A stretch of DNA of 64,000 nt, from NCBI GenBank assembly GCA_964016885.1, contig OZ024742.1, positions 243,474,001 to 243,538,000 on the forward strand, given 5' to 3'. The notes under the pieces were generated by a model. It had not been told where the DNA came from and ran no database searches. It saw only the letters and a list, made by a program, of their open reading frames with translations. Positions 61,658 through 64,000 of this stretch are shown in pieces. A program made the position numbers and the translations under genes. Position 1 is the first letter of the stretch. Each line of letters opens with the position of its first letter. Origin of the DNA: Eledone cirrhosa. Taxonomy: Eukaryota.

Positions 61658-63242
61658 CTATAGAAAAATTTAAAATACAACACAATTACTGATAATACAA
61701 TATTTCTAATATGGTGCTTTCACTAATCACTGAGAATATTCTTATATATTTAGTTCAATAATATTAGTATCGGAGTTGTAGGAGTGCTGTTCATCAGGAT
61801 TAGCATTGTTTTAACGTCTGTTTTCCCGACTAGCAAGGATTGAACATATCTACATAGACCATGTCAGTACTGAAGCAGTGCTACTGACCTCCCAGTCAGG
61901 ACAAGGGTCTATTATCTCACTTATGTATGATCTTGCATTCTACCAAGTGCACAAGAGAGGTTGTCATATTTTTGACATAACTGAAGGGTCCTCCCAACCT
62001 TTTGTTTGGCAAGCTTTCTATGGCTGGATGCCTTTTCTTTCATCATTATAACATTTTAAACCTCATAGTGTTCATCTCTTTAGAATTGACGACAGAAAGA
62101 GAAAAAAAAATATGGAAAGAAAGTGACAGAGAAATAGAATCAATCCCAGTACCAGGCTTGTATTTTATTTATTGACTTCACTGGGATGAAAGACAAAGTT
62201 TGCCCTTCACAGCTTTTGAACTCAAGAATGTAAAGCGCAAGAATAAATATCACAAATCATTTTCTCTGAAATCCTAATGACTCTACCAATTCACCACAAT
62301 AGTATGCCATACATTGAAGAGTGAAATCCCACAACAGTCAACTTTGCCTTTCATCCTTTCAAAGTTGATAAAAAAAAGTACCAGTCTAATACTGAGATAG
62401 ACTCTTCCTCTATATCTCTTTCTCACTTCCCCTCTTTCACTTTTTATCCTTCTCTAGAAAGAAATCTGCTGCATTCAGACCAGTGTTTAGGGATGGGCTC
62501 TGCCAGGTTTTAAAATGCCCTAGAAATGCTGTATGTCAATACGGCACCCCTATGACTCCCTCAGGAGTTACAAAACTAGGATACAGTGTGTTAAATATTT
62601 AAATATAAGAAAAAAAAACATTAGTAATATTACATTTTATTCTAATTTAATTTCAGAGAGAAAAATAAATATTTTTGCATTTTCTTTAAATACTTATCAA
62701 ATTATTAAGATGGTGATGATGATGATTATGCCTGAGAGAAATTATGACAGAAGTCATGTGTGTGTGTGTGTGTGTGTGTATATATAATTTTTTTATGTCC
62801 ACTCTTTCACAATATATCATCATTTTATGCCCACTTAGTAAAGATACTATAAACATTTGAATACGCATGTTCTACAAAACGATTAAAATATTTTAAGAGT
62901 TAAATTCAATATTGCAAAATAAAGAATTTCAATTAATTAAAAATTAATTTTTTTTTTAAATACAAAAACTTTCCATTTACAATTAAAGTACCTTAAATTT
63001 TACTGAGACAAAATATTTGAAAAAGATTTCAACAAAAGACCAACCTCTTGAGATAATCCATACTCGGCAAGGCGACAGGCATATAATAATTTGTATGGCT
63101 AAAAAGAAAAGAAAATTACAAACAAATAATAGATTAACAACTAACAATTGTAAAATTTTACGTACAACTCTTCCTTGCATAGAAATAACATTAGGTTACA
63201 CATATATAATTTCTATATAACAATCTATGTCAAATAGAATTA

Positions 63243-63684
63243 CTGTATATACTCATATATAAGCCAAGAAATATGTGACAAAAAAAGAAATCAAGGGTAA
63301 AATGGGGTGAGGGGGAGCATATATTTGAAGAAATATTTTGCCAATTTTTACCAACTTCAAAATTCTACATAAATGAGGTGCTAAAATATTTTTTTCTTTC
63401 AACACGAAATTTGTATTTCTTATTGTTTCTTATGTTTTGAATGAATATGGCCTTCAAAAGAGTTGGACAATTGGTAAAATAATCATTATGTAATGGAGTT
63501 GTGAAACAAAAACTATACTTCAAATGACATTTAAAACATTTTAAATATCAAACTATTAAAACACTTTAAAACAGCACCATCTAAACTGTGTTGATTACCT
63601 ACTTTGGCTTATAAACGGGGTTTGGATTTTTGCCTATTTCTCAGGCATAAAATAAGGGGCCAGCTTATATTTGAGTATATACGA
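63243..63684. mobile_element. pogo-type MITE
   Basis: TIRs CTGTATATACTCATATATAAGC and GCTTATATTTGAGTATATACG. Confidence 0.65.
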
Positions 63685-64000
63685 TAGTTGCTTTTTAGGA
63701 TAGAAAAAGCATCTACAGTAGTACTAGAACCCATAACCATGAGTTGACATAATATAATAGGACTATATTTCTTTCAATATCATTGTTAAACATTGGTTTT
63801 CCCTGCTAAAAAGTGTTGGACATATCGTCACAGAGTAGCCAGTACTCAAGTGGTGCTTTGACCTCCACATGGGCCAGAGGCTCAACATACGCTCCCACAA
63901 TTTACCAAGTATATTTAATCATCACACCAACACTAGAGTTGACATAGCTGACGAGTCTTCCTGAGCCTTTGCTTGACAGATTGTCTATGGCAGGATGCTG

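Noticed and set aside
61658-64000. Further upstream Sec16 exon
   Set aside because: I found no convincing Sec16-like peptide with splice sites; the region looks intronic (SINEs, MITE)

Overview
AT-rich, repeat-dense eukaryotic DNA, most likely from an octopus or other coleoid cephalopod (inferred from the SINE, LINE and microsatellite content). The window holds the 3' half of one minus-strand gene encoding a Sec16 (SEC16A-like) COPII/ER-exit-site scaffold. I traced 13 coding exons with consistent GT-AG boundaries and phases from 61657 down to the stop at 6096, followed by a ~1.6 kb 3'UTR. The 5' part of the gene lies beyond the window. The introns hold SINEs, RTE/HERO/Penelope-like LINE fragments, a non-autonomous LTR element, a Tc1 remnant and MITEs. 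The strongest signal is a ~5.9 kb intronic 28-bp minisatellite whose unit, on the transcribed strand, reads as a complete 3' splice site (TACTAAC branch point, pyrimidine-rich spacer, TAG). Other signals are a candidate cassette exon with its acceptor buried in a nested GNRA-capped hairpin, a donor read-through that would add a hydrophobic tail anchor, candidate micro/cassette exons and a compound retro-insertion with a 77-bp duplication. All isoform and mechanism claims are predictions made by eye and need RNA data.
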